Shown: piece by piece, positions 48,514 to 58,222 of the stretch
Numbering within the stretch: position 1 is the stretch's first letter
Layout of the letters: each line of letters begins with the position of its first letter
Translations under genes and position numbers: made by a program
Assembly: GCA_963706325.1 (NCBI GenBank)
Contig: CAVPLT010000004.1
Span: 256,001 to 320,000 of the forward strand
From: an uncultured Nitrospiraceae bacterium
GTDB lineage: Bacteria; Nitrospirota; Nitrospiria; Nitrospirales; Nitrospiraceae
Length of the DNA: 64,000 nucleotides
Direction of reading: 5' to 3'
The notes under the pieces: generated by a model
What the model saw: the letters and a program-made list of their open reading frames with translations, nothing else
Databases searched by the model: none
Told to the model about the DNA's origin: nothing

Positions 48514-49295
48514 GCGCCTGCTATCCGAGAGGAAAGTAGGGATTGTGGGCCATATCGGGCGATTAGCCGATCAAACAAGCATTCCGCCAAGGGCTCAAGA
48601 TTTCGAGTGTCCGCGGCGTTATATCGAACGAGGAGGTCCAGAGCGGCTGCGTCGCCCGCCCGGTGTTGATGCCATAATCGAACTGCTTCCATTCCGTCGA
48701 GCTGATGCAGATCACATTCCCGGGTGATGTCCAACTCGCGTTCGATGTGTTTGAGTCCACCTTGCAGTCCCACCCGCCGCGCAGCGAAACACAAATCGAA
48801 GTGCGGAATTGATACTCGAAGCCCTTTGAAGTGAACTTGCAGGTACGGGATATCAAAGACGCTGCCGAAAAATGTGATCAACAAGTCGGCTTGATCAAGC
48901 TCTTCTTGAATCACATCTCGGGTCAAGGAGTCGCCCCAGATCAGGGTGCTCATTCGACCATTACGATACAGCCCGACGATGGTCACCTGACCGTCATGGG
49001 CGGACAGGCCGGTTGTTTCAATGTCGAGGTAGAGCGCCCGCGTTCCGAAGGTCCGATACAGACGCCAGTGGTCGCGAGCATGGAGGCAGCCGGCGAAATA
49101 CCGGGCATTCCGCCGATCGAGGTGTTCTTGAGCCGAAGCCAGGTCGGCGTCATACAAGACCTTGCGGGCAGCCGAAATTCCGGCCAATCGAGATTGTTGA
49201 CGGAAGGCCGCCCAATCGGGAATACCTTCTTCCCACAGTCGTCGTTCTGTGGAAGAACCGATGCCTTTGAGATGGACAAACGTCGAGGTCAACAT
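48510..49295 (-). CDS. RNase H-like (YprB/RNase_H_2) DEDD exonuclease
   Basis: YLDIETTG, FFGSVFDIPYL, GGLKHIE, YNAAD. Confidence 0.88.
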   Translation of the reverse strand: MLTSTFVHLKGIGSSTERRLWEEGIPDWAAFRQQSRLAGISAARKVLYDADLASAQEHLDRRNARYFAGCLHARDHWRLYRTFGTRALYLDIETTGLSAHDGQVTIVGLYRNGRMSTLIWGDSLTRDVIQEELDQADLLITFFGSVFDIPYLQVHFKGLRVSIPHFDLCFAARRVGLQGGLKHIERELDITRECDLHQLDGMEAVRLWHQHRAGDAAALDLLVRYNAADTRNLEPLAECLFDRLIARYGPQSLLSSRIAGA

Positions 49296-49438
49296 ACAGG
49301 TATTCCGACAAGCCTGGGCCGGATTGTAGCCTTGATTTCACGGGATAAACAAGTTAGAGTCCGCGACTGGTGCGGAGTTTCGTCATTCTATGCTCGATAT
49401 CACCGTGCACGCGAGGGGTCATGACTACGAATGGAAGA

Positions 49439-49831
49439 ATGAAACGTATTCGAATCAGCGTGGGCGGGGTCCATCTGGATGTTGAATTGAAAGGCACCCG
49501 CACGGCCGAGGAGATTTATCGAGCGCTTCCTGCTGAAGGACCGTTGAATGTCTGGGGGGAAGAGTTCTATTTTAAAATTGACGGCGTGAAAGACCATCGG
49601 GAGACGGCGACCACCCAGGTCAAAGTCGGCGATGTGGCATTCTGGGGCGCCGGGCAAGTGTTGGCGATTTTTTTCGGGCGCACCCCGATGAGCATGGGAC
49701 CGGATCCGGTTCCTGCAGACCGGGTCAATGTGGTCGGGCGGGTGGTGGGGGATGCGGCGGCCCTGCGTCAGGCCATGAACGCGAGCACCATCCGTGTGGA
49801 GCGGATTGAGCAGGAGTCGCCCGTTGGATAA
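49439..49831 (+). CDS. Cyclophilin-like fold protein (DUF369/TM1367-like)
   Basis: NVWGEEFYF, VGDVAFW...IFFGRTP...VNVVG. Confidence 0.8.
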   Translation: MKRIRISVGGVHLDVELKGTRTAEEIYRALPAEGPLNVWGEEFYFKIDGVKDHRETATTQVKVGDVAFWGAGQVLAIFFGRTPMSMGPDPVPADRVNVVGRVVGDAAALRQAMNASTIRVERIEQESPVG

Positions 49832-49888
49832 TTGTCTGTGCTGCGGCACAGTTGTCCCTGGGGAAATTCTTGGAAGGACTGCGAATCG

Positions 49889-50170
49889 ATGAGGCTGGCC
49901 AAAGAACGAATTCGTCATATGGCTGAGGCGCTGATCACTCGGTTGCATGAACTTTCGTTTTTGGAAGTGACCGGAGATCGGAAGGCGCTTCGCGGAGCGT
50001 TGGAACAGACGATGACAGAGGAACTTGGGGTGGAAGATCGGTTGAATGCTGAAGTGCGCCGATTAATGCAGCCATACGAGCGGCAAATCGAACAGGGTCA
50101 AGTGGACTATCAGAAAATGTTCACCATGATTAAGCAGAAGTTGGTGCGCGAACGGGGTCTGATATTATAG
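49889..50170 (+). CDS. DUF507 family protein (copy 1)
   Basis: MRLAKERIRHMA...EDRLNAEVR...DYQKMFTMIKQKL. Confidence 0.8.
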   Translation: MRLAKERIRHMAEALITRLHELSFLEVTGDRKALRGALEQTMTEELGVEDRLNAEVRRLMQPYERQIEQGQVDYQKMFTMIKQKLVRERGLIL

Positions 50171-50269
50171 GGGTGTGCGACCGGGATTGGAGCGGTGCAT
50201 GATGTTCCGTCGGTTGCTTGGGGCTCGCATAGCTCGCACCCTCCTGTATACCAAATAACGGTAGGAATT

Positions 50270-50545
50270 GTGATCAGCGACGACAAGGCCAGCCATCTCG
50301 CCCATCTTGCACTTGGAACATTTAAGAAGAGTGCGTTGTGCCGACTCATCGAGGACGACGGCAAGGTATTACGGGAGATTAAGCGCGTGGTGGCGGCGGA
50401 ACTAGTCTTAGAAGCGGAAACCGACAAAAAAGTTCGGGCTCGCTTGGCGTCCTATTCCAGGCATATTGTAGAGGGGAGTGCCGAATGGGATGTCATGTAT
50501 CGAAAAGCTTTTGAAGAAGAACAAAAAAAGCGCGCCAAACCGTAA
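50270..50545 (+). CDS. DUF507 family protein (copy 2)
   Basis: MISDDKASHLAH...VRARLASYSRHIVEGSAEWDVMY; GTG start. Confidence 0.8.
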   Translation: MISDDKASHLAHLALGTFKKSALCRLIEDDGKVLREIKRVVAAELVLEAETDKKVRARLASYSRHIVEGSAEWDVMYRKAFEEEQKKRAKP

Positions 50546-50585
50546 GATGCGCGACGAAATATCCTGACGAGGTTGAGGTTATGGT

Positions 50586-51026
50586 ATGAGATACACGTTG
50601 CTGATTTCTCTCGGTGCGGTGCTGCTGTTGTTCCCGGCCTGCACTCATTCCAAGCCGAAACCGCTGGTGCCGCTGGAACTCACCTCTGGAGCAAATGCCC
50701 AGGCCATTGCGCTCAATACCCAGGGCACGCAGGCGTTCCAGGGCGGCCAACTTGCTGAAGCCAAGAACTATTTTGCCCAGGCAATCAAAGTGGTCCCAGA
50801 CTCAGGCCAGGCGCATTACAATTATGCGTTGACCTTGAATGCGTTGGGCGAAAGCGATTCTGCTCGTCAACACTTTATTGAGGCGGCAAACTTGGCGCCG
50901 GGCGATAAGGTGATTTGGGACTCTCCCGCATTGCGGCCGTTCGGAAGCCCGGCACCCCCAAAGGGGCCGCCCAAGGAACATCCATATGGTACGAGAAAGC
51001 CGGATATCGGCACTGGGCCACGCTAG
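50586..51026 (+). CDS. TPR-containing putative lipoprotein
   Basis: Lipobox-like FPAC; AHYNYALTL TPR pair. Confidence 0.8.
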   Translation: MRYTLLISLGAVLLLFPACTHSKPKPLVPLELTSGANAQAIALNTQGTQAFQGGQLAEAKNYFAQAIKVVPDSGQAHYNYALTLNALGESDSARQHFIEAANLAPGDKVIWDSPALRPFGSPAPPKGPPKEHPYGTRKPDIGTGPR

Positions 51027-51064
51027 CCGGATGATCCGACGCCTGTTCAGACGGAGAGAGGCAT

Positions 51065-51532
51065 ATGGCAGGTGACTTAGCAGTGGGCAAGAAGGCGCCG
51101 GACTTTTCTTTGCCGGATCAAGACGGCAGCATGGTGTCGCTGAAGAGTCTCAAGGGCAAGCAGATCGTGCTGTATTTTTATCCCAAGGACAATACTTCCG
51201 GCTGTACAAAGCAGGCGTGCGACTTCCGGGACTCCCTCGCACCGATCAAGAAAACAGGGGCAGTTGTGCTCGGAGTCAGCACGGATGGGAAAGGGTCGCA
51301 CCAGAAGTTTATCGCGAAGTATGGGCTTCCCTTTGCACTGCTAAGCGATGAGGATGCGGCCACGTCCAAGGCGTACGGGGTCTATAAAGAGAAAAGCATG
51401 TATGGCCGGAAGTACTGGGGTATTGAGCGGAGCACTTTCGTGATCGATGCTACTGGACGACTGAAGGCCTTGTTCAGGAAGGTGAAGGTGCCTGGCCATG
51501 TCGACGAAGTGCTGGCGGTGCTCGAGGCCTAA
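51065..51532 (+). CDS. bcp: Thioredoxin-dependent peroxiredoxin BCP
   Basis: YFYPKDNTSGCTKQACDF, GIERSTF. Confidence 0.95.
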   Translation: MAGDLAVGKKAPDFSLPDQDGSMVSLKSLKGKQIVLYFYPKDNTSGCTKQACDFRDSLAPIKKTGAVVLGVSTDGKGSHQKFIAKYGLPFALLSDEDAATSKAYGVYKEKSMYGRKYWGIERSTFVIDATGRLKALFRKVKVPGHVDEVLAVLEA

Positions 51533-51574
51533 CAAGGCGGTCTGCGAGGCAGCCTTGCATCGCCTTGACCATTG

Positions 51575-51817
51575 ATGGATCCCCTTGAAAAAACCTCGCA
51601 CGCCTGCCGTGCCGCCGCCCTGTCCATCCTGCCGGGCATGGGCCATCTCTATATCGGGGAAAAGCGTGGTGGGCTGCTACTCCTTGCCGGAATAGCCCTC
51701 ATTGTCATCTGGCTGTATCTGTTTTCCATGGCCTCCGTAGCCTTGGTCGCGCTGGTCCTGTATTGCATGGTCGATACCTATCTCACCGTCAGCCGGGACC
51801 GTGGTCTTCTTGGCTAA
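51575..51817 (+). CDS. Small membrane protein (TM2/DUF-like PGxGHxY motif)
   Basis: LSILPGMGHLYIG plus hydrophobic helices. Confidence 0.65.
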   Translation: MDPLEKTSHACRAAALSILPGMGHLYIGEKRGGLLLLAGIALIVIWLYLFSMASVALVALVLYCMVDTYLTVSRDRGLLG

Positions 51818-52718
51818 TCAAGCCCCATTCGAGCCACAATGGAGTCGGACAGTTACTATGGCAGCATTGCTCCATGTTGGGCTTCACAGCGTCCTCATCG
51901 TGCTTCTGCTCTGTTGGGTGATGAGTGTGCCCGGAGAAGCGGCCAACCAGGCCTCAGGCATTCTTGCAGTGAAGGATGTATTAGCCCTGCCGAACCACCT
52001 CGCTCGAATTGAAGCTCAACTCTCCGGCAAGACGCCGGCCGGAGTGGCGACGTGGGCTGGGGTTCCGTTGCAACTATCCATCGACGGCAAGCCTGTGGGG
52101 ACCGTCAAGACCGGTGAAAGTGGGCAGGCCATCTTCGAGTACATGCCGAAGTTGCGGGGCACCTACGGAATCACCGTGTCGATCGATGGCACAGCTTCGG
52201 TCTCGGCGGAAACGACCCAAGCGACCCTGTGTGTATGGGAGCGCAGACGACCAATATTATTAGTCGAACTCGAAGCGATTATGCAGCCTAACCTTTCAGC
52301 CACGGCTGCTGGTTCCCTTACCTCGGCGGGACCGCTGGCTGAGCCACCGGCACAACCGGTTCCCGATGCGGCCGAGGAGCTGTGGCGCCTCACGCAGTAT
52401 TACTACAACGTGATCTATGTGCAGTCGTCCCCAGAAGCTGCGTCAGTCAGAGGGGTACATCGGTGGCTGGAGACCCATAAGTTTCCTGCGGGCTTTGTGA
52501 TGACGCCGCCTTCCGGAGATGTGAATGCCGCGATCGAGGCTGTTAAACAAAGTGGCTGGACGACCATGAAAACCGGTATCGGACGCACGCGCTCGTTTGC
52601 GGACACATTGCTTCATCAGAGGATGGAGGTGGTCGTGGTGCCGGAACTCCCTAAAGGCGAGTTGCCACGAAAGGCGAAGGCGGCGAAGGAATGGAAAGAG
52701 GTGAGAAAGAAATTGTGA
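51801..52718 (+). CDS. Secreted protein with Ig-like domain plus degenerate HAD/LNS2-like domain (start uncertain, possibly 51858)
   Basis: KTGESGQAIF beta-sandwich pattern; PILLVELE, PVPDAAEEL, YNVIY, WLETHKFP. Confidence 0.6.
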   Translation: MVFLANQAPFEPQWSRTVTMAALLHVGLHSVLIVLLLCWVMSVPGEAANQASGILAVKDVLALPNHLARIEAQLSGKTPAGVATWAGVPLQLSIDGKPVGTVKTGESGQAIFEYMPKLRGTYGITVSIDGTASVSAETTQATLCVWERRRPILLVELEAIMQPNLSATAAGSLTSAGPLAEPPAQPVPDAAEELWRLTQYYYNVIYVQSSPEAASVRGVHRWLETHKFPAGFVMTPPSGDVNAAIEAVKQSGWTTMKTGIGRTRSFADTLLHQRMEVVVVPELPKGELPRKAKAAKEWKEVRKKL

Positions 52719-53087
52719 GCGCGACGGAGTTTCCTTTCTTGCCGAGCAACGCGCGGCTTCAGAAAGCCCTCGTTGGAGGCGCGCAGTTGAAAGGAAAGCT
52801 CCATGCGCTCACCGAGGATGATAAAGTAGGGGAGGAATCGTCTTAGTGCTCGGGGACAGGGTGCTCGCAGAACGTGCAGGTTCGTTCGATGCCCAGTTCA
52901 TGGCTCCCCGGACATACCTTCCCGCTTTCGAAGGTTAAGGAGAAACCTGGTGGTCACTGTGATCGGCGGTGATTGATAAAAAGGTGTTACTGAGCAATTC
53001 GTGACCGAGTACGATTCACTCCCGGATCGAATCATGGTATGTTCAGCCCCGACAGAGCGTGATCTCATTGAAGGAGTAAGAGCCGGT

Positions 53088-53867
53088 ATGTTGTTAGAAG
53101 GAAAGAAGGGACTGATCATCGGTGTGGCCAACAAGCATAGCATCGCCTGGGCGATCGCGCAGTCTGCGGCGCGTGAAGGCGCGCAGATGCTCTTCAGCTA
53201 TCAGAGCGAACGCTTGCGCGAAAACGTCGAGGAATTAGTTCAGACCTTGCCTGGCTCATCGTCCTGCGTGTGTGATGTCGGAGATGACAGCCAGATCGAC
53301 GCGATGATGAAACAAGCAGGACAGAAATTAGGACGGTTGGATTTTCTCGTGCACTCCCTGGCCTTTGCTCCGCGAGAAGAACTCACGGGAGAGTTTGTGA
53401 ATACGACTCGCCAGGGTTTTGCGACGGCCCTTGATGTCAGCGCCTATTCTCTTGTTGCGGTCACACGAGCAGCTGTGCCGTTGATGACGGAGGGTGGATC
53501 CGTGGTCACCCTGACCTATCTTGGAAGCGAACGAGTCGTCCCACACTACAATGTCATGGGGGTAGCCAAGGCAGCGCTTGAGGCGACGGTGCGTTATCTA
53601 GCCCACGATCTGGGGCCTAAGAATATTCGCGTGAACGCTGTGTCTGCCGGACCGATCAAGACCTTGGCCGCCCGGGGTGTCTCCGGGATCAGCAAAATGG
53701 TCGACCACCATCGCCTGTTCGCTCCGCTCCGGCGGGCGACGGAGCAAGGCGAGGTCGGCGACACGGCTATGTTCCTGGTGAGCCCACTGGGCCGTGGTAT
53801 CACCGGAGAGGTGATCTACGTCGATGGGGGATACCATATTCTCGGATCGCTGGCGTCCGTCGATTAG
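53088..53867 (+). CDS. fabI: Enoyl-ACP reductase
   Basis: GVANKHSIAW, HSLAFAP, TLTY...YNVMGVAKAALE, AGPIKTLAA. Confidence 0.97.
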   Translation: MLLEGKKGLIIGVANKHSIAWAIAQSAAREGAQMLFSYQSERLRENVEELVQTLPGSSSCVCDVGDDSQIDAMMKQAGQKLGRLDFLVHSLAFAPREELTGEFVNTTRQGFATALDVSAYSLVAVTRAAVPLMTEGGSVVTLTYLGSERVVPHYNVMGVAKAALEATVRYLAHDLGPKNIRVNAVSAGPIKTLAARGVSGISKMVDHHRLFAPLRRATEQGEVGDTAMFLVSPLGRGITGEVIYVDGGYHILGSLASVD

Positions 53868-54843
53868 GAACCTGGCGCCGCCGTTCACACGACCTCTCCC
53901 GATCCACTACCCTCATTGGTTTCACGGCCTGTCTTGGTACGGGCGGCTGCTTCTTTTCCCGTCACGCCGCTTCATTCTGCTCTTAACGGGTATGTTACTC
54001 TGGGCGCTTCCGGCTACCCCGGAGGTTTCTGTCGAACGTTTCGACCGGGAAGAGGAGGGCTTGACAGGACCTGTTCTCTCGGTTGAAACCAGGGAAAGTT
54101 TGCTGGTGCAGATTGATTGGTTTGATCCACAGGGACGCCTGATTGAGCGCCTTCAGCATGGCATGGAAACCTCGCAAGGACTGTGGCCGTTACGTTTTGT
54201 ATATAGCTACGACCAGGCGGGCAGACGGACGGCTGAAATAGTGCATGACGCGCGTGGTGAACTCGTGAAAGAAACGCGCTTCGCCCATGATGAGTATGGC
54301 CATCGATCGGCCGAGGTTGCCACATGGAGTGATGGTACGTTTGAAAACGCGTCGCTCTACGAGTATGACGAGGCGCATCGCCTGATACGAGGGCTTCACT
54401 ACAACGCGCAGCAAGTCATTAATCGAAACCTCTATACCTTCGACGGCGCCGGGCGCTTGGTCCGGGAGCGCTTTGAGCGCAACTACGGATACGATGCCCG
54501 CGGGCGCCAGGTGATGAGGTCCGATCGATTCAATATGGGATACGAGGTGGTCCTGCGGTACGACGATCAGGGCCGAATTCGTGAAAAGGCCGTGTTTGAT
54601 TTTGCGGGACTTGCGCAGGGCCGTTCGGAGTTTCAATACGATGAGCACGGCAGTCAAGATGAGGAGCGCATCTTCAATGCCGAGGGACGCGCCACAGACC
54701 GCAAAGGCTATCGATATGAATACGATGACATGGGAAACTGGATTCTCGAAGCGCTCCAATGGTGGGCGGTACGAGACGGTCGCGAGACTCTCAAGCAGTT
54801 TCATATTCGCGAGCGTAGCTTCACCTATCATCCGTTGCCCTGA
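53824..54843 (+). CDS. YD/RHS-like repeat protein (start uncertain, possibly 53992)
   Basis: Repeated Y-x-YD-xx-G-R units (YSYDQAGR, YEYDEAHR, YGYDARGR, YEYDDMGNW); LTGPVLSV N-motif. Confidence 0.75.
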   Translation: MGDTIFSDRWRPSIRNLAPPFTRPLPIHYPHWFHGLSWYGRLLLFPSRRFILLLTGMLLWALPATPEVSVERFDREEEGLTGPVLSVETRESLLVQIDWFDPQGRLIERLQHGMETSQGLWPLRFVYSYDQAGRRTAEIVHDARGELVKETRFAHDEYGHRSAEVATWSDGTFENASLYEYDEAHRLIRGLHYNAQQVINRNLYTFDGAGRLVRERFERNYGYDARGRQVMRSDRFNMGYEVVLRYDDQGRIREKAVFDFAGLAQGRSEFQYDEHGSQDEERIFNAEGRATDRKGYRYEYDDMGNWILEALQWWAVRDGRETLKQFHIRERSFTYHPLP

Positions 54844-55163
54844 GGCTGAATCCTCGTCTGCTTCTTCTGCTACATGGGACTGACGTGGGTCTCATTCTGT
54901 CCTTCATCGCGGTGAGCCTCCTGAACCCTTGACCTCTTGCATTCATCGAGTGGTTCCGCTCCCTTCGGTGGCGCCGCCACCCCCCGCCCATGGTCCTTGT
55001 CGTTCACCTCCCAGGGACGACCCTCCTCTTGCATTAGAATCGCTACTCCAGTACTGGTAGACTGATTTTATTGCGGCTGCGTTTTTTACGTGCTGGGCTT
55101 CAGGCTGCCACACACCGCGCGTGTGCGCATGCTCGTGCATGCATGATAGAGAGCAGGAAGGCC

Positions 55164-56702
55164 ATGTCGGATTGTCATCTTGGACGGATTCGGGCGGAAT
55201 GGCTTGTCGCCTTCATCGTGGGGGCTTGGTTCATGTCCGGCGTCAATGTGGCGAATGGCTCCGTATCTGAAAATGTCCAGAAAGATTCAGCGATACATAG
55301 ACCCGAGGTCCCCGGAACATTTCGAGACCCCGCGTCTCACTCCATGCAAGGTCATGCAGCGACCGCATCCACATCCGAAGGATCTGACTCTTCATTTACC
55401 TGGGAGGTGCGACCCTCCCGGAGCTATCTGATCCCAGCGCTCGAGATTCCCGTTTATCCGTTGCTCCTAAGTCAGTACGACCGGCATTTCACTGCGCCGA
55501 AGGATGACTATCGCACGACCGCCAATACATTCTGGACTCATGTGACTGATTCGAAGTGGGTTCACGACAATGACCAGTTTTCCGTGAATCAGTTTCTGCA
55601 TCCCTATGGTGGAACGGTCTACTTTGGGTTGGCTCGATCGGCGGCCCCCAATTTCTGGGAGTCATGGCTCTATACCGAAGCCGGGAGTCTGCTGTGGGAA
55701 CTTGGTGGAGAGAAAACGTGCCATTCTATCAATGATCAGATTACGACCACCTTCGGGGGCACGTTCCTCGGTGAGCCGCTCTTCAGGCCAACCTGTTATT
55801 GGAGAGTGATGACGAGGGCAAGCCAGGCTTCTTGCGGGAACTCGCCGCGGGAATCATCTCACCGCCGACCGCATTCAACCGCCTCGTCTTCGGCAATCGG
55901 TTTGACGAAGTGTATCCCAGTCACACACCGGCCACCTTTATGCGTCTCCAGGTCGGCGGCACCCTGACTGCGAGCAGCAATAACGTATTATCGACCGTCA
56001 AAGAATGTGGGGCCATTTGGGATTTCACGTTTACCTATGGGCTTCGGGGATAGCCCGGCTATACGTACGCCAGACGCTTTGACTATTTTGACTTCCATCT
56101 CACCGCCGTGACGGCAAGCATCTTAGAGACCATCAATACCCGCGGTTTATTGATTGGATCGACGTATGCACCAAATGATTCCACGCGCGGAATCTGGGGA
56201 CTGTACGGAAGCTACGATTACATTTCGCCTCAAGTTTTTCGTGTATCCAGCACCCGCGCTGTCACTCGGGACCACCTGGCAAACATGGCTGTCGCAGGAC
56301 GTGGCGCTTCAGGGCGCCGCCCTCGGGGGGCCGGCTATGGGGCAGCCGGCAGCATTCAAGCGTACGGGCGATCGAGACTATCACTATGGCGCCAATCCGC
56401 AGGCGCTTCTCGCGCTCCGGCTCATTCTTGGCGATCGAGCCATGTTCGATGTTACCGGGCGCGAGTATTATGTCACCGGGATACTCTCCCCGGAGCCACA
56501 AGGGAGCGAAAATATCGTGCGCGCAGATGCCTCGTTCACGGTCAGGCTCTTCGATCGTCATGGCCTTGCGATTCGATACGCGATGTCACATCGCGATGCG
56601 AGTTATCCCAACGTCGAGTATCGCAATCAGACCGTCGGGACGGCCAGCCTCATGTATGTATTGCTGGGAAAGAGCGGATTCGATGCGGTCGACTGGCGCT
56701 AA
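55164..56702 (+). pseudogene. Disrupted DUF3943-like outer-membrane protein gene
   Basis: DNDQFSVNQFLHPYGG, SLLWEL, SINDQITT, LGEPLFR; frameshift near 55787, in-frame TAG at 56051, further frameshifts near 56254, 56328 and 56360. Confidence 0.8.
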
Positions 56703-56731
56703 CGGTGGGTTCTCGTCCGGACTTTAAGTGG

Positions 56732-57622
56732 TCATCCTTCCAAAGGTGAACAATGGAACTGTATGGCTCCTCGAAAACGTCCCACCAAGCGCCCTACTCG
56801 CCATGCGAGCAGCACTCGATTTTCCCGGTCCGTGAGCAGGCTGGGAGAGCGTTTCAGCACGGCAAGCCACGTCTGCCCGTAGGCCCGCCAGCGCCACCAT
56901 TCCGGCTGCTGAGGCGGCGCTGCTTTTTTCGCCACCAACACTTCCCACTGCGACCAGTTCCGAGACTGTACATAAATGCCTCGCAGAGTGGCGCGTAATC
57001 GAATGTGCACCGTGCCCTCGGCAACGTACTGCAGGCGCACACCCGCCTGGTGGAGCCGCCAACAGTATTCCGTATCGAATAAATAAGGGATCGTCTCGTC
57101 GAATCCGCCGATAGCGTTATGGATCTGGCGACGGATTGCGAAGTTTCCGCTGCCCGCGTGCGGGAAGTAGGGGGGATAAAAACTGGTTTGCAGGCACATT
57201 TGCTGAGGATGGTGACCGAAAGTGGCCTGTAGCCAGTCGGGATTGAGTTTTTGCGTATCGATCCGGCCGGCCACTGCGTCTTGTTTCAGCAGCGCTTCTC
57301 CCATTGCCTCCACCCAGCCTGGCGCTGTCGCGTCGTCCGCATCGCAAATGGCGATCGCATCGGAACGGGCATTGGCGATACCCACGTTGAGCGCGTAGGC
57401 TTGCGACTTGCGCGCCGACGCCGGGACCATTCGGATATAAGGGAATTGACGAGTGTAATCCCGCACAATGTGCGTCAATTGGTCGGTCGAGCAATTGTCC
57501 ACCAGGACAATTTCCCATGGATGCCTCCATTGCTGGCCCACCAGTGACTCCAGTTGTCCGCGGATAACCGACGCCGCATTATGACAAGGAATCACGACGC
57601 TGAGTTTGATGTTGGAGGACAT
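56732..57622 (-). CDS. Glycosyltransferase family 2
   Basis: SVVIPCHN, VDNCSTD, CDADD, GGFDE. Confidence 0.92.
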   Translation of the reverse strand: MSSNIKLSVVIPCHNAASVIRGQLESLVGQQWRHPWEIVLVDNCSTDQLTHIVRDYTRQFPYIRMVPASARKSQAYALNVGIANARSDAIAICDADDATAPGWVEAMGEALLKQDAVAGRIDTQKLNPDWLQATFGHHPQQMCLQTSFYPPYFPHAGSGNFAIRRQIHNAIGGFDETIPYLFDTEYCWRLHQAGVRLQYVAEGTVHIRLRATLRGIYVQSRNWSQWEVLVAKKAAPPQQPEWWRWRAYGQTWLAVLKRSPSLLTDRENRVLLAWRVGRLVGRFRGAIQFHCSPLEG

Positions 57623-57768
57623 GATCCTGGGTGTCTTTCCTCTCCATTCGGTAAGGCCTGCCGGTCACAGAGACTGTGTCACATGTCGGAAAGATAAGAC
57701 CGTATGGCACCGACGCCCTAAGTCCGTTCTGCCACACTCGATGCGAATGCGCTTGGACAGATGAGTGG

Positions 57769-57816
57769 GCGCATGCACAAGCCGCCCAGCGCTATGTCGC
57801 AGGCTTGTGCATGCGC
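57769..57816. repeat. Perfect 15-bp inverted repeat with 18-nt loop
   Basis: GCGCATGCACAAGCC ... GGCTTGTGCATGCGC. Confidence 0.85.
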
Positions 57817-58222
57817 GACGTTCGCTGTAGCCTGACGAGACGCCGTTCAGACAGGTGACCCGGACATCAGAGTGTTCCGTCGCTGAGACGATGCCCGTTG
57901 TCGCATTCGTTTTTACTACTCTACCGGCAATAGGCCTACGGCTGGACTAGGAGTTTCCCTAGATCTGGAATTTTTGTCTCATGCGCTGCAATGATGTCGT
58001 CCACCATTCTTTCAGGAGCACAAACCATCATCGGCGGTCGCATAGCACAATAATTTTTAGGGCTCATGCGGACTAGTGTCGAGAGATGTTCACTGTTCTG
58101 TGGAGGAAATCATGGCCGCCCCAAGAGTCGGTCTTTACAGTATGCCGACAGTAATCGCTCGCGACAATCGAGGGTTCGCCGTTTGACAGCGAGCAGGTCG
58201 GAAAGAGATACGGTCTTTCACA

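Noticed and set aside
49889..50545. Tandem DUF507 genes as a recent duplication
   Set aside because: The copies are highly diverged, and paired DUF507 genes are, to my knowledge, a common arrangement.
56051..56053. In-frame TAG as pyrrolysine or programmed readthrough
   Set aside because: The same gene has several frameshifts, so a nonsense mutation is simpler.
58112..58186. 24-codon ORF with GGAGG SD
   Set aside because: Too short and featureless to support without conservation data.
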